Shown: positions 1 to 8,650, numbered from the stretch's first letter. The stretch is DNA of 23,408 bases from an uncultured bacterium (GCA_965662845.1 CBFIJD010000043.1:1-23408), one strand, 5' to 3'. Notes: generated by a model not told the origin, from the letters alone. Made by a program: numbers and translations.

Positions 1-1137
1 ACCTCGCTGACCAATCCGACGCTCAGCGACACCGACGGCGACGGTTTGGCGGATAACGCCGAAGCTGCTCAAGGAGGGAACCCACTCGACGCGGATACGG
101 ACAACGATAATGTGAGCGACGGAGCCGAAGTCGCTGCGGGGTCGCTCTTGAACGATAACGACTCTGACGACGATGGATTGGACGACTACTTGGAGATTGT
201 CACCTTAAAGACAAATCCACGCAGCTCCGCTTCAGACAACGACAGCCTGTCGGACTATGACGAGTACGTTGGATTTGACATCACAGTCACTGACATCAAC
301 GGCGACAATCAAACGCGCCCCGTGAAGCCCGATCCGACGCTCACCGACACCGATGGCGACGGAGTGATCGATTCGGAAGAGAGAACGCGGGGCTTGGATC
401 CGACTCTCGCCGACACCGACGGCGACGGCATTGATGACCAAACCGAGGTCAATAACGCCACTGACGGTACCGACGCGCGTGACCCCGCTGACTTCAATCA
501 AATCACCAGCGGTCTGGTGGCCTACTATCGCTTCAATGGAGACACTAGCGACTTTGCCGGTGGCGATGATAACGGCACGATCATCGGGGACAACGTCACC
601 TTGGCTGCTGACCGATTCGGTGTGAATGACCGAGCGTATCAATTCAACGGCGACGGCTACATTGAAGTAGCTCATCGGGCAGAAAATAACTTACTCGACA
701 ACTTCACAATTACGGCTTGGGTCTATGCGGACAATCTGAGCGCTGCCGGCACCAACGAAATCAACGGAATCTTCTCTAAGGAGGGTTCTACGATGGGCGC
801 TTACCTCTACTTCAAAGATGAGAAGTTAGAAGGACAAGGCACCAAAGGAGGCGAGGCAGCAGATTTTCTCAGCAAGTGGAGCTTCGTTGTGCTGCGAGTT
901 GTAGGCGGGCAAGTTTATCTCTATCAGAATGGCGGGCAAGGCAAGATGCTCGCTTTTGGTGCGACGGCTACGTCACCCGCTGCAAACAACATAGAGCCGA
1001 TCCGCATCGGAGAAGGCTTTGAAGGCAGGATTGACGACCTGAGATACTACAACAGAGCCCTCACTGAAGTGGAGATCAAGTACATCTACGAAAAGACGCT
1101 CGCAGCGGATGACGAGCGGCTCCCAGAGTCTCAATAA
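1..1137 (+). CDS. 5'-truncated secreted/surface protein with bacterial thrombospondin type 3-like Ca-binding repeats (DTDGDG) and a C-terminal LamG/concanavalin A-like domain
   Basis: Frame is open from base 1 (TSLTNPTLSDTDGDGL...), so the real start lies upstream of the window. Repeated DxDxDGxxDxxE...xxP units, then LamG signatures GLVAYYRFNG, FTITAWV, WSFVV, LYQNG, FEGRIDDLRYYNRALT. Confidence 0.85.
   Translation, partial: TSLTNPTLSDTDGDGLADNAEAAQGGNPLDADTDNDNVSDGAEVAAGSLLNDNDSDDDGLDDYLEIVTLKTNPRSSASDNDSLSDYDEYVGFDITVTDINGDNQTRPVKPDPTLTDTDGDGVIDSEERTRGLDPTLADTDGDGIDDQTEVNNATDGTDARDPADFNQITSGLVAYYRFNGDTSDFAGGDDNGTIIGDNVTLAADRFGVNDRAYQFNGDGYIEVAHRAENNLLDNFTITAWVYADNLSAAGTNEINGIFSKEGSTMGAYLYFKDEKLEGQGTKGGEAADFLSKWSFVVLRVVGGQVYLYQNGGQGKMLAFGATATSPAANNIEPIRIGEGFEGRIDDLRYYNRALTEVEIKYIYEKTLAADDERLPESQ
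16..428 (+). repeat. Three 29-bp near-identical coding repeats (16-44, 334-362, 400-428) encoding PTLxDTDGDG
   Basis: ccgacgctcagcgacaccgacggcgacgg / ccgacgctcaccgacaccgatggcgacgg / ccgactctcgccgacaccgacggcgacgg, all in frame within the CDS. Confidence 0.85.
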
Positions 1138-1141
1138 GATG

Positions 1142-2200
1142 TCAGCGTCTCTGGCAATAACCAGCAAACACCTCCATAAACCGTTGTGTGTCTTCCATCT
1201 GTCGCAAGTTCATGCGGAACAAGTGGTCGATGGGAGGACGCATCGGGCGCACGAGGATGCCTTTCTCTTTGAGGAACTCGACCGCTGGGGAGGCGCCTCC
1301 CGCCGGTTCCACTAGCAGATAGTTCGCCTCGCCTGGATAAAATTTCACGCCGTTTTCCTGAAAATAGCGCTCTAACGCTGGTTTGACCTCATCCATCAAA
1401 TGCCGCACTACTCTCTGCCACTCCTCAGGGTTCTCTAGCTGAGCCCGCGCTGCCACGATCGCCGCCATATTTACATCGTAGGGTCCTCGGATTTTCAGCA
1501 GCTCCTGAATCACCTCTTCTCGAGCGATCACGTATCCCAAGCGCAGGCTTGGAATGGCGAAGGCTTTGGAGAACGTGCGAATAATCATCAAGTTTGGGTA
1601 TTGAGCGATCAGGGAGGCGGAGGTTTTTCCTGTGAACTCAAAGTAGGCTTCATCCACCACAATCGCCGTGTTTGGATAGTCTCGCAAAAGCGCTTCGACC
1701 TGCTCAGCGGTCGCCGAAGTTCCCGTGGGGTTGTTGGGGTTGATCACAACGACGGCGCGCGTTTGTTCGTCAATCGCTGCGCGGACCCCTGCCTCTGGAA
1801 ACTGGAGATCCGCGCTGTAAGGCACGCCGCGAAACTCACAGCCGATGGTTCCGGCCACCTGACGAAACATCGTAAACCCAGGCATCGCCATCACGATGTT
1901 GTCTTCGCGATCGAGCAGACAGCGCAAAATGACATCAATGCCTTGATCGGATCCATTCGTGATCATCAACTGGCTCGCAGGAACAGCCGCGTAAGCGCTC
2001 AACACCTCACAAAAGTCACCATATTGAGGATAGATATGCAGCTCTCCCCGCGCAAAATACGCTTGCAACGCTTGCGTCACATGCGGCGCGGGCGGAGTGG
2101 GAGATTCGTTGAAATCCATCAAAGAATATTGCTTAGGATTGCGGCCTTCTAGGGGAGGTTTGTAAGTCCCTAGCTGAGCAATGGCGGGACGAATGCGCAT
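1142..2200 (-). CDS. hisC: Histidinol-phosphate aminotransferase (class I/II PLP aminotransferase)
   Basis: Motifs DFNESP, TNGSDQGI, NPNNPTG, VVDEAY, RTFSKAFAIPSLRLGY (PLP lysine), PYDVN; 352 aa. Confidence 0.88.
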   Translation of the reverse strand: MRIRPAIAQLGTYKPPLEGRNPKQYSLMDFNESPTPPAPHVTQALQAYFARGELHIYPQYGDFCEVLSAYAAVPASQLMITNGSDQGIDVILRCLLDREDNIVMAMPGFTMFRQVAGTIGCEFRGVPYSADLQFPEAGVRAAIDEQTRAVVVINPNNPTGTSATAEQVEALLRDYPNTAIVVDEAYFEFTGKTSASLIAQYPNLMIIRTFSKAFAIPSLRLGYVIAREEVIQELLKIRGPYDVNMAAIVAARAQLENPEEWQRVVRHLMDEVKPALERYFQENGVKFYPGEANYLLVEPAGGASPAVEFLKEKGILVRPMRPPIDHLFRMNLRQMEDTQRFMEVFAGYCQRR

Positions 2201-2232
2201 AGATTCCTTTGATCAAATGGGACGAATTGTGC

Positions 2233-2260
2233 TTGCAAAAGGGACGAACTCTAACATAGT
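2233..2260 (+). promoter_or_regulatory. Putative sigma70 promoter for the 2306-4459 operon
   Basis: TTGCAA (2233-2238), 16 nt, CATAGT (2255-2260), in the divergent spacer. Confidence 0.3.
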
Positions 2261-2305
2261 TTGTTGGCAACCGGCATCCTTGAAATCCTCCAACCGTAGA
2301 CTTCC

Positions 2306-3118
2306 TTGCCTTCCATTATCGCTGCGTCTCGCCTCTGCGCTCTCTTCATTTGGTTGTTTTTACCCGCACACGCCCTCGCGTATCAGCCCACTTGGGCGGA
2401 CATCGTGGATCAGTTTCAGGACAACCTCCTCTGGGTGCGCTCGAGCTACAGCGTACAAGTGCAAATTTTTGATCCCTTTGAACCTAACGCCGACGGATCG
2501 CCACGGGAGCTGCCCGAGAGAGGGTTCCAACAAAAGGTACACTGGAAGGTCGATGAATACCTCACGGTGGAAACGCAAGATGAACAACAACGCCTCCTAC
2601 ACTACCTGTACGAGGTGGAAGGGACACGAGTCAGCGCGCAAATTGCGACAGGCCGACAATTCTCTGAGCAAGAGGTGCGTCCGCTCTACTTTTCATTTTT
2701 TACCAAGTCGTTAGACGGATTTCGTTGGGCCTTAGAACAAGCCGGCGTGGCCTCTGATCTCCACTACTGGCACTTAGCCCCCGATGGAAACGTTTATCAT
2801 CGGCTGGGGCACGCCGAAACGGGCGCATACTTGCTGATGAGTACATCTGCAGATCGCTTGCTCTCGATCCATTGGCCTTTCACCACTCCCGATGGGCGGC
2901 AGGAGGTCATGAGCGCGCAATTTTCAGAATTTGCAGAGTATCGCAAACAACTGTACCCCAAAGTGACCTCATTCTACCTAGGCGACCGACTCTTCCTGCG
3001 TAAGACGATCACCAAGATTACAGAGCCAGTGCGTTTACCGTGGCGACGTCTGAAACAACTGGCGGAAGACTATCGCTCTCAGGAGGCCGTTTCCCTAGGA
3101 CAAGACTTTCAAAATTAA
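2306..3118 (+). CDS. Exported hypothetical protein, possibly LolA-like/outer-membrane lipoprotein-sorting fold
   Basis: 270-aa ORF with TTG start and signal peptide ending PAHALA; beta-rich pattern; C-terminal FSEFAEYRKQLYPKVTSFYLGD resembles the FxDYxxxxGxxxP ending of LolA-like proteins; ends 5 nt before the surA-like start. Confidence 0.55.
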   Translation: MPSIIAASRLCALFIWLFLPAHALAYQPTWADIVDQFQDNLLWVRSSYSVQVQIFDPFEPNADGSPRELPERGFQQKVHWKVDEYLTVETQDEQQRLLHYLYEVEGTRVSAQIATGRQFSEQEVRPLYFSFFTKSLDGFRWALEQAGVASDLHYWHLAPDGNVYHRLGHAETGAYLLMSTSADRLLSIHWPFTTPDGRQEVMSAQFSEFAEYRKQLYPKVTSFYLGDRLFLRKTITKITEPVRLPWRRLKQLAEDYRSQEAVSLGQDFQN

Positions 3119-3123
3119 GGATT

Positions 3124-4047
3124 ATGAAGAAATTTTGGATCGCAGCGTTGATAGGCTGCAGCGCCCTCTCTGCCCACGCCCAGACTGTCATCGTGGATGG
3201 TATTTATCTGATCGTAAACCAACAAATGTATACTTTCAGCGAGGCCCAAGAAGCGAGTTTGGCGCTGCAACAACAGCTGCAACAGCAAAACGAGACTGTG
3301 GCGCCAGATGAGATTCAAGCGCGAGTGCAAGAGCGAATGATCGCCGAGCTGCTGCTCTTAGACCGGGCAGAGGCTCTCAACATCGAAGCGTCTCGAAGCG
3401 AAGTGGAATCTCGTATCGACCGCATTCGAGACCAAAATCCACAGCTGTTTCGAGCGACCTCAGAGTCCCTGCTACAAGACCAAATTGCCAACGAGATCAA
3501 AAAACAACGCCTTTTAGCGCGCGAAGTTGACCCCAAAGTCCGCGTCACCGACGGCGACGTGCAGCAATTTTGTCAAGCCCAAGCGCAAGAGGCCCGACAG
3601 GTCAAACTCTCTCAAATCTTGTTGCGTGGCGAAAACGTCGCTGCGCGCGTCCGACAGGTGCAGCGTCAATTTACGGAAGGTGCCGAATTCGCCGAACTGG
3701 CTCGCACGTTTTCTGACGATCCTAACGCATCCGACAACGGAGGGACGCTGGGGACGTTTCGCAAAGGAGAGCTGCTCAAAGAGATCGAAGAGGCCGCTTT
3801 TGCGCTGCCAGTGGGAGAGTTGAGTCAACCTGTGCAGACCACATTTGGGACACACCTGTTGCTCGTGAGTGAAGAACAAATTCCCCAAGATTTTAATTGT
3901 GCCGCGCTGAGTGAAGAAACCCGCGATCAATACGAGCAACAGCTGTTTCAGCAGCGTCGTCAGTCGCAGCTAGACAGCTATTTGGCCGAGCTTCGCGAAA
4001 AGGCGCGCATCACAGTGAATGCATTTCCAGAGGGTTGGAATGGCTGA
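3124..4047 (+). CDS. surA: SurA-family periplasmic chaperone / parvulin-type peptidyl-prolyl isomerase
   Basis: Signal peptide MKKFWIAALIGCSALSAHA from the ATG at 3124 (AAGG upstream); SurA N-domain VDGIYLIVN; rotamase motifs FAELARTFSDD, NGGTLG, FALPVGELSQPVQTTFGTHLL; C-terminal YLAELREKARITV. Confidence 0.85.
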   Translation: MKKFWIAALIGCSALSAHAQTVIVDGIYLIVNQQMYTFSEAQEASLALQQQLQQQNETVAPDEIQARVQERMIAELLLLDRAEALNIEASRSEVESRIDRIRDQNPQLFRATSESLLQDQIANEIKKQRLLAREVDPKVRVTDGDVQQFCQAQAQEARQVKLSQILLRGENVAARVRQVQRQFTEGAEFAELARTFSDDPNASDNGGTLGTFRKGELLKEIEEAAFALPVGELSQPVQTTFGTHLLLVSEEQIPQDFNCAALSEETRDQYEQQLFQQRRQSQLDSYLAELREKARITVNAFPEGWNG

Positions 4048-4459
4048 TGTACAGAGTACCGAGTATGCGGAAGGCAGGATTTTGGCGATGGACGATCCCA
4101 GCACGATTCGTCCCGATTGGCTAGAGACGTTCTCTTATGCAGGGCCACGGCAGCGCGTGACCTATCAAATGAATGAGTTCGCCGCCGTGTGTCCCTTCTC
4201 TGGGCTCCCCGACACCGGCACCGTCTGGATTGAGTACATCCCCGACACAAAGCTCGTCGAACTCAAGGCGCTCAAGTATTATCTGATTAGCTATCGCAAT
4301 GTGGGGATTTTTCAGGAAGCCGTGACTGCAAGATTATTTGAAGATCTCTGGAAGCTGCTCGAACCTCAGTGGCTGCAAGTCCGCACAGCTTACGCAACTC
4401 GTGGAGGAATTGACGCAACCTGTGTGATCAACTCTGAAGACCAGCCCTCCTCACCCTAG
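4040..4459 (+). CDS. queF: NADPH-dependent 7-cyano-7-deazaguanine reductase (type I QueF)
   Basis: EFAAVCPFSGLPD (catalytic Cys/Asp), QueF motif VELKALKYY, SYRN, RGGI; ATG at 4040 overlaps the surA stop. Confidence 0.9.
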   Translation: MADVQSTEYAEGRILAMDDPSTIRPDWLETFSYAGPRQRVTYQMNEFAAVCPFSGLPDTGTVWIEYIPDTKLVELKALKYYLISYRNVGIFQEAVTARLFEDLWKLLEPQWLQVRTAYATRGGIDATCVINSEDQPSSP

Positions 4460-4585
4460 ACATTCCTCAAATCGTCACGACACCAATCAAGGCCCTTCGC
4501 CGCCTAGATCTTCCCTGTCACGCTATTACCCCACCAACAAGTCTTGGAGCTGTGAGTTCAAGGCTCCCGCGTCTCCTCTGAGCCC

Positions 4586-6229
4586 TCACAAGCGCGCGCT
4601 GCGTTCGTGGATCTCGTGGTTCAAAATATGGTCATTCTCTGAGTAATCGACAGGGGCTTCCACCAGGTGCACCCCGCCTTCCTGAAAGCAGCGCTCCAGC
4701 AAGGGCGCCAACGCGTCGGCGCTCTCTGTGCGATGTCCTGCCGCGCCGTAGCTCTCAGCGTACTTGACGAAGTCAGGATTTCCGAAATCCAGTCCCCAGT
4801 TTTCAAACTGCATGTTGGACTGCTTCCACTTGATCATCCCATAGGCGTTGTCACGCAGGATCAGCACAACGAGGTTCAAGTTCAAGCGAACCGCCGTCTC
4901 CAGCTCGGCGGAGTTCATCATGAAGCCCCCGTCGCCACAAATCGCCATCACGCGCCGCTCAGGATGAACCATCTGCGCCGCCATCGCCGACGGCAGCCCC
5001 GCGCCCATCGTCGCCAGCGCATTGTCGAGCAAGACCGTGTTTGGTTGGTGTGCTTTATAGTTTCGCGCAAACCAGATTTTATAGACCCCATTGTCGAGCG
5101 CGATGATGCCATCGTCCGGCATGACCTTGCGGACATCGGCGACCAAACGCTGGGGATAAATGGGGAAGCGCGCATCCTCCACACCTTCTTGAAGGTGCGC
5201 CTCAACGTGCTCGCGAATGCGCTGAAAGTAGTCAAAATCCCAGTGAGACGGTTTGGTTAATGCTTCTTTGATTTGCCAGACGCTGTTGGCGATATCCCCG
5301 ATGACCTCAACTTGCGGAAAGTAGACGGGGTCGACCTCGGCGGACAGAAAGTTCACGTGAATCACAGTCCGACCATCGTCGGCGTGCATGAAGAAAGGTG
5401 GCTTCTCGACGACATCGTGTCCAACATTCAAGATCAGGTCTGCGTGCGCAATGGCGCGATGCACAAAGTCGCCATCCGAGAGCGCGGCGTTGCCCAAAAA
5501 CAGAGGGTCTCGCTCATCAAGCACCCCTTTTCCCATCTGTGTGCTGAAGAAGGGCATCTGAAATTTGTCGACAAACTCGCGCAGCATCTTCGCGGTTTGT
5601 TTGCGGTTCGCGCCGGCACCAATCAGCAGTAGCGGACGTTTGGCGGTTTCGAGGGCGGCGACGGCAGCGTGTATGGCTTTGACCTCAGCGATCGGACGGC
5701 GCACGGCGCGGGTGGGTAGCAAACTCGCGGTGGTCTCTTCGTGAGCAATGTCTTCTGGCAGCTCAAGGTGAGTCGCGCCGGGTCGTTCTTCTTCAGCTAA
5801 ACGAAAGGCTTCATGCACCCGGGAAGGGATGTTGTCGCCGCTGACAATCTGCTGCGTAAATTTGGTGAGGGGTCGCATCATCTCCACGACGTCCACAATT
5901 TGAAACTTGCCCTGTTTGCTCGTTTTGATTGGTTTTTGCCCGGTAATCATCAGCATCGGGAGGGCCCCGAGCTGTCCGTACGCAGCCGCGGTCACAAAGT
6001 TTGTCGCGCCGGGGCCGAGAGTCGAGAGGCAAACGCCCGCTTTGCCTGTGAGGCGGCCATAGGTGGCGGCCATAAAGCCGGCGGCTTGTTCGTGGCGCGT
6101 CAGAATCAGGCGGATAGAAGAGTCTTTCAAGGAATTGAGCAGATCGAGATTTTCTTCACCGGGGATACCAAACATAAGCTCTACGCCTTCCGCTTCCAAA
6201 GCCTTGACGAAAAGGTCTGATGCTTTCAT
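4586..6229 (-). CDS. Acetolactate synthase large-subunit family (ThDP-dependent), stand-alone type
   Basis: FGIPGEEN, RHEQAAGFMA, TLGPGATN, ThDP motif GDGGFMMN...DNAYGMI; 547 aa; no small subunit adjacent. Confidence 0.92.
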   Translation of the reverse strand: MKASDLFVKALEAEGVELMFGIPGEENLDLLNSLKDSSIRLILTRHEQAAGFMAATYGRLTGKAGVCLSTLGPGATNFVTAAAYGQLGALPMLMITGQKPIKTSKQGKFQIVDVVEMMRPLTKFTQQIVSGDNIPSRVHEAFRLAEEERPGATHLELPEDIAHEETTASLLPTRAVRRPIAEVKAIHAAVAALETAKRPLLLIGAGANRKQTAKMLREFVDKFQMPFFSTQMGKGVLDERDPLFLGNAALSDGDFVHRAIAHADLILNVGHDVVEKPPFFMHADDGRTVIHVNFLSAEVDPVYFPQVEVIGDIANSVWQIKEALTKPSHWDFDYFQRIREHVEAHLQEGVEDARFPIYPQRLVADVRKVMPDDGIIALDNGVYKIWFARNYKAHQPNTVLLDNALATMGAGLPSAMAAQMVHPERRVMAICGDGGFMMNSAELETAVRLNLNLVVLILRDNAYGMIKWKQSNMQFENWGLDFGNPDFVKYAESYGAAGHRTESADALAPLLERCFQEGGVHLVEAPVDYSENDHILNHEIHERSARL

Positions 6230-6345
6230 AGTCCGCCTCTACAATTTGTTGAAAAGATGCTTATTTCAGGAGAAATGCGCGTTACCATAGACCTCTGCTC
6301 CAGAAAGTAAAGTTTGATCTGCACCTCTTCCACGGCGACTTCAGT

Positions 6346-7140
6346 ATGGCTCCCCTCGTTAGCTTGCTCAGTGATTTTGGCACAGAAGACGGTTTTGTAG
6401 GCGCAATGAAAGGGCGCCTGCTGCGTTTGTGCCCCCAGGCTCACATCATTGATCTTACTCATGAAATCCCTCGACAAGACGTCCGCGCCGCAGCGGTCGC
6501 CTTGTCCAGAGCGGTCCCTGAATTTCCACACCGGAGCATTCACGTCGCCGTCGTTGACCCAGGCGTGGGCTCGGAGCGAAAAGGGATTGCGATTGAGACA
6601 GAGATTGGGTGGTTGGTGGGACCCGACAACGGCATTTTTTCGCTGCTGTTGAGACGCTTTCATGCACAACAAGTTCGCAGCATCACCCCCAGTGGCCCTT
6701 GGTGGCAGAAGCACTCCAGCTTTGATGGGCTGCATGTGTTTGCGCCTGTCGCGGCGTGGTTAGCGGCAGAACAGTCTCCCGAAGCGCTCGGAGAAACTTT
6801 GGCAGCACCCCAAACGTTAGCGTGGCCTGACCCAAGCCGCGAGGGCGAGTGGGTGCGTGGAGAGATTGTGAGCTTTGATCATTTCGGCAACGCCACCAGC
6901 AACATCCCCTCGGACTGGCTTCTTCCCAACCCAAGCTTTGCGGGAACGATTCGCTGCGGTCGCCACAAAAATGTCCCCTTACTCTCCCATTTCGCCGCAG
7001 GGAACCCTCATCAACTGATGGCAATGCTCAACAGTGACGGACTGCTAGAGTTTGCCGTAAATCAAGGTTCGGCCCGGGAGCTAGGAGTTCAGCTGGGCAC
7101 TCAGATTGAAGTTCATTTGCAGAGCAAGACATCCCCATAA
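6346..7140 (+). CDS. DUF62 / SAM hydroxide adenosyltransferase (SAM-dependent chlorinase/fluorinase superfamily)
   Basis: LLSDFG, DLTHEI, VVDPGVGSER, VGPDNG, DHFGNATSNI, NSDGLLEFAVNQGSA; 264 aa. Confidence 0.92.
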   Translation: MAPLVSLLSDFGTEDGFVGAMKGRLLRLCPQAHIIDLTHEIPRQDVRAAAVALSRAVPEFPHRSIHVAVVDPGVGSERKGIAIETEIGWLVGPDNGIFSLLLRRFHAQQVRSITPSGPWWQKHSSFDGLHVFAPVAAWLAAEQSPEALGETLAAPQTLAWPDPSREGEWVRGEIVSFDHFGNATSNIPSDWLLPNPSFAGTIRCGRHKNVPLLSHFAAGNPHQLMAMLNSDGLLEFAVNQGSARELGVQLGTQIEVHLQSKTSP

Positions 7141-7166
7141 ACAGACACCCACAGAGGAGAGGAGCC

Positions 7167-7493
7167 ATGAGCCAAGAAGTTACAGAAGTCACGAACGAAG
7201 AGGTAGAGACGGGCGTTTTCATCTACGCGAATCTGATCGACTCCAACGATGACGGCCGCATTGACATGATCTCGTTTGTCGATCCCAACGGACGCGGAGT
7301 CGCTCTCGCAGTGGACGAGGACGCTTCAGGGATGTTGAACCAGATTCACGTGTTTCAAGACGTGACTGGAGACGGGAAGCTGGATGGTGATGACGTGCGT
7401 CTGATTCATCAAGAGGCGGTGAAGTTATTCCAACGGCCAGATCTAAAAGAGGGGCAGTTAGAGATCTTCGTCGAAGAAGGGGGGTATGGTTGA
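7167..7493 (+). CDS. Small acidic hypothetical protein with Dx[DN]xxG (Ca-binding-like) motifs
   Basis: Strong RBS (gaggagaggag) before the ATG; motifs DSNDDGRID, DEDASG, DVTGDGKLD; 108 aa. Confidence 0.75.
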   Translation: MSQEVTEVTNEEVETGVFIYANLIDSNDDGRIDMISFVDPNGRGVALAVDEDASGMLNQIHVFQDVTGDGKLDGDDVRLIHQEAVKLFQRPDLKEGQLEIFVEEGGYG

Positions 7494-7499
7494 CAGATT

Positions 7500-8645
7500 C
7501 TACAGCAGCGACGCGTCGCTGCTCTCTTCATTAAGCGCGGTCGGTTGGGTGTTCATCGGTTGCCCGTTCAACGGAACATTGAACAATTTCAGCATTGCGC
7601 TCCGCACACGCTCAAATTCTTGTGCTGCGTCTTTGGCGGCTGCCGAGGGCAGCTCCAACGTATAAACGGGAATTTTCCACTCGTCGCCAAATCGGCCTAA
7701 GCTCCCTGGAAAGGTTCGATAATCACGGAATTTTGTGCCGCTCTGCGCCGTAAACTTCTTCGCTTGATGCCACGCCTTCTGGCGCACGATCAATTGTTCT
7801 TTCGTGCCGTCTGCCGTGTCCATGTAGTCCAAGTCCAGAAAATCCAGCGGTGAATGCAAACTGATGATTTTGCTCGGCGTGAACGCGAGGATCAGCCCGA
7901 CCAAGAACTGATTCTCAAGCTCTGAGTTTGCGCTTTTGCCTGGAAAATACCGTGGATTCTGAGCGTAGCTCCACTTCCACTGGCGATGCGCGAGTGCGTT
8001 CCAGTCGCGTGTGGGCAAATTCCGATTGAGATCGACTTCATTGTGGTTCGTGCGCTGTTTGGGCTTTTTGAAAAAACCATCTGGGTTCAGCATGGGCACA
8101 ATGATCAGCGGATGCTCTAACAGCTCTGGTTGCTGCTGGAGCAGCTTCGCGAACCGGAAACAGTGATATGACGTGCTCTCATCGCCATGCACAGAACACA
8201 GCAACAACGTTGACGACTCCGACGATTTCCGCCCCGAAGCGACCTGATAGAGCAACGGATGCTGCTGCGACGTCTCCCAGCCGGTGTCCCAGTCGGCGGC
8301 TTCGCAGCGCGCGTCATTCCAACCTACCTTGGTAAATTCTTGATTCAACTCCCCACAAAACTGCTGCACCGCCGCAGCAGACGTTCGCTGGGGTAGGTCT
8401 TCCGTGTATTCCAGCGCAATCCAACCAAATTTGCCGAGTTCATACTCAATCTTTCCCCAGTCCTCTTTGGTTTGCACAACGTTGAACTGTTGGCCCTCCA
8501 AGACATAGCCCAACTTATTGCCCCAAACGTCATCTCGAACGTTGAGTCGGTCGGCGGTGACTTTGACTTGAGAAGCAAACGGGTTTGCTTGCAGTGCAAG
8601 CGGGAAGAGGAGCGCAGCGAGGATGAGGAGAAGACGGTGTGACAC
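7500..8645 (-). CDS. Exported SH3b-domain + M14 zinc peptidase (MpaA-like murein peptide amidase)
   Basis: Signal peptide ...PLALQA; SH3b-like ADRLNVR...DWGKI...GWIALEY; M14 motifs VHGDE, NPDG, DLNRN, SLHS, PGSLG, TLELP. Confidence 0.82.
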   Translation of the reverse strand: MSHRLLLILAALLFPLALQANPFASQVKVTADRLNVRDDVWGNKLGYVLEGQQFNVVQTKEDWGKIEYELGKFGWIALEYTEDLPQRTSAAAVQQFCGELNQEFTKVGWNDARCEAADWDTGWETSQQHPLLYQVASGRKSSESSTLLLCSVHGDESTSYHCFRFAKLLQQQPELLEHPLIIVPMLNPDGFFKKPKQRTNHNEVDLNRNLPTRDWNALAHRQWKWSYAQNPRYFPGKSANSELENQFLVGLILAFTPSKIISLHSPLDFLDLDYMDTADGTKEQLIVRQKAWHQAKKFTAQSGTKFRDYRTFPGSLGRFGDEWKIPVYTLELPSAAAKDAAQEFERVRSAMLKLFNVPLNGQPMNTQPTALNEESSDASLL

Positions 8646-8650
8646 GTGGG

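Noticed and set aside
16..428. 29-bp repeats as a possible CRISPR array
   Set aside because: Irregular spacing, in-frame codon-level variation encoding PTLxDTDGDG, and no cas genes.
3040..3123. Longer ORF-track starts for surA (3040), queF (4019) and gtsA (18632)
   Set aside because: Downstream ATGs fit better: signal peptides and RBS for surA and gtsA, minimal overlap with surA for queF.
4546..4568. ggagctgtgagttcaaggctccc resembling a tRNA T-arm or att remnant
   Set aside because: Stem is mismatched, there is no acceptor, D or anticodon arm or CCA, and no integrase nearby; more likely a simple hairpin between convergent genes.
6346..7140. Calling the DUF62 gene a fluorinase or chlorinase
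   Set aside because: It retains the hydrolase-type DPGVG..R motif, lacks the TFYS/TWYG halogenase loop, and has no halometabolite cluster around it.
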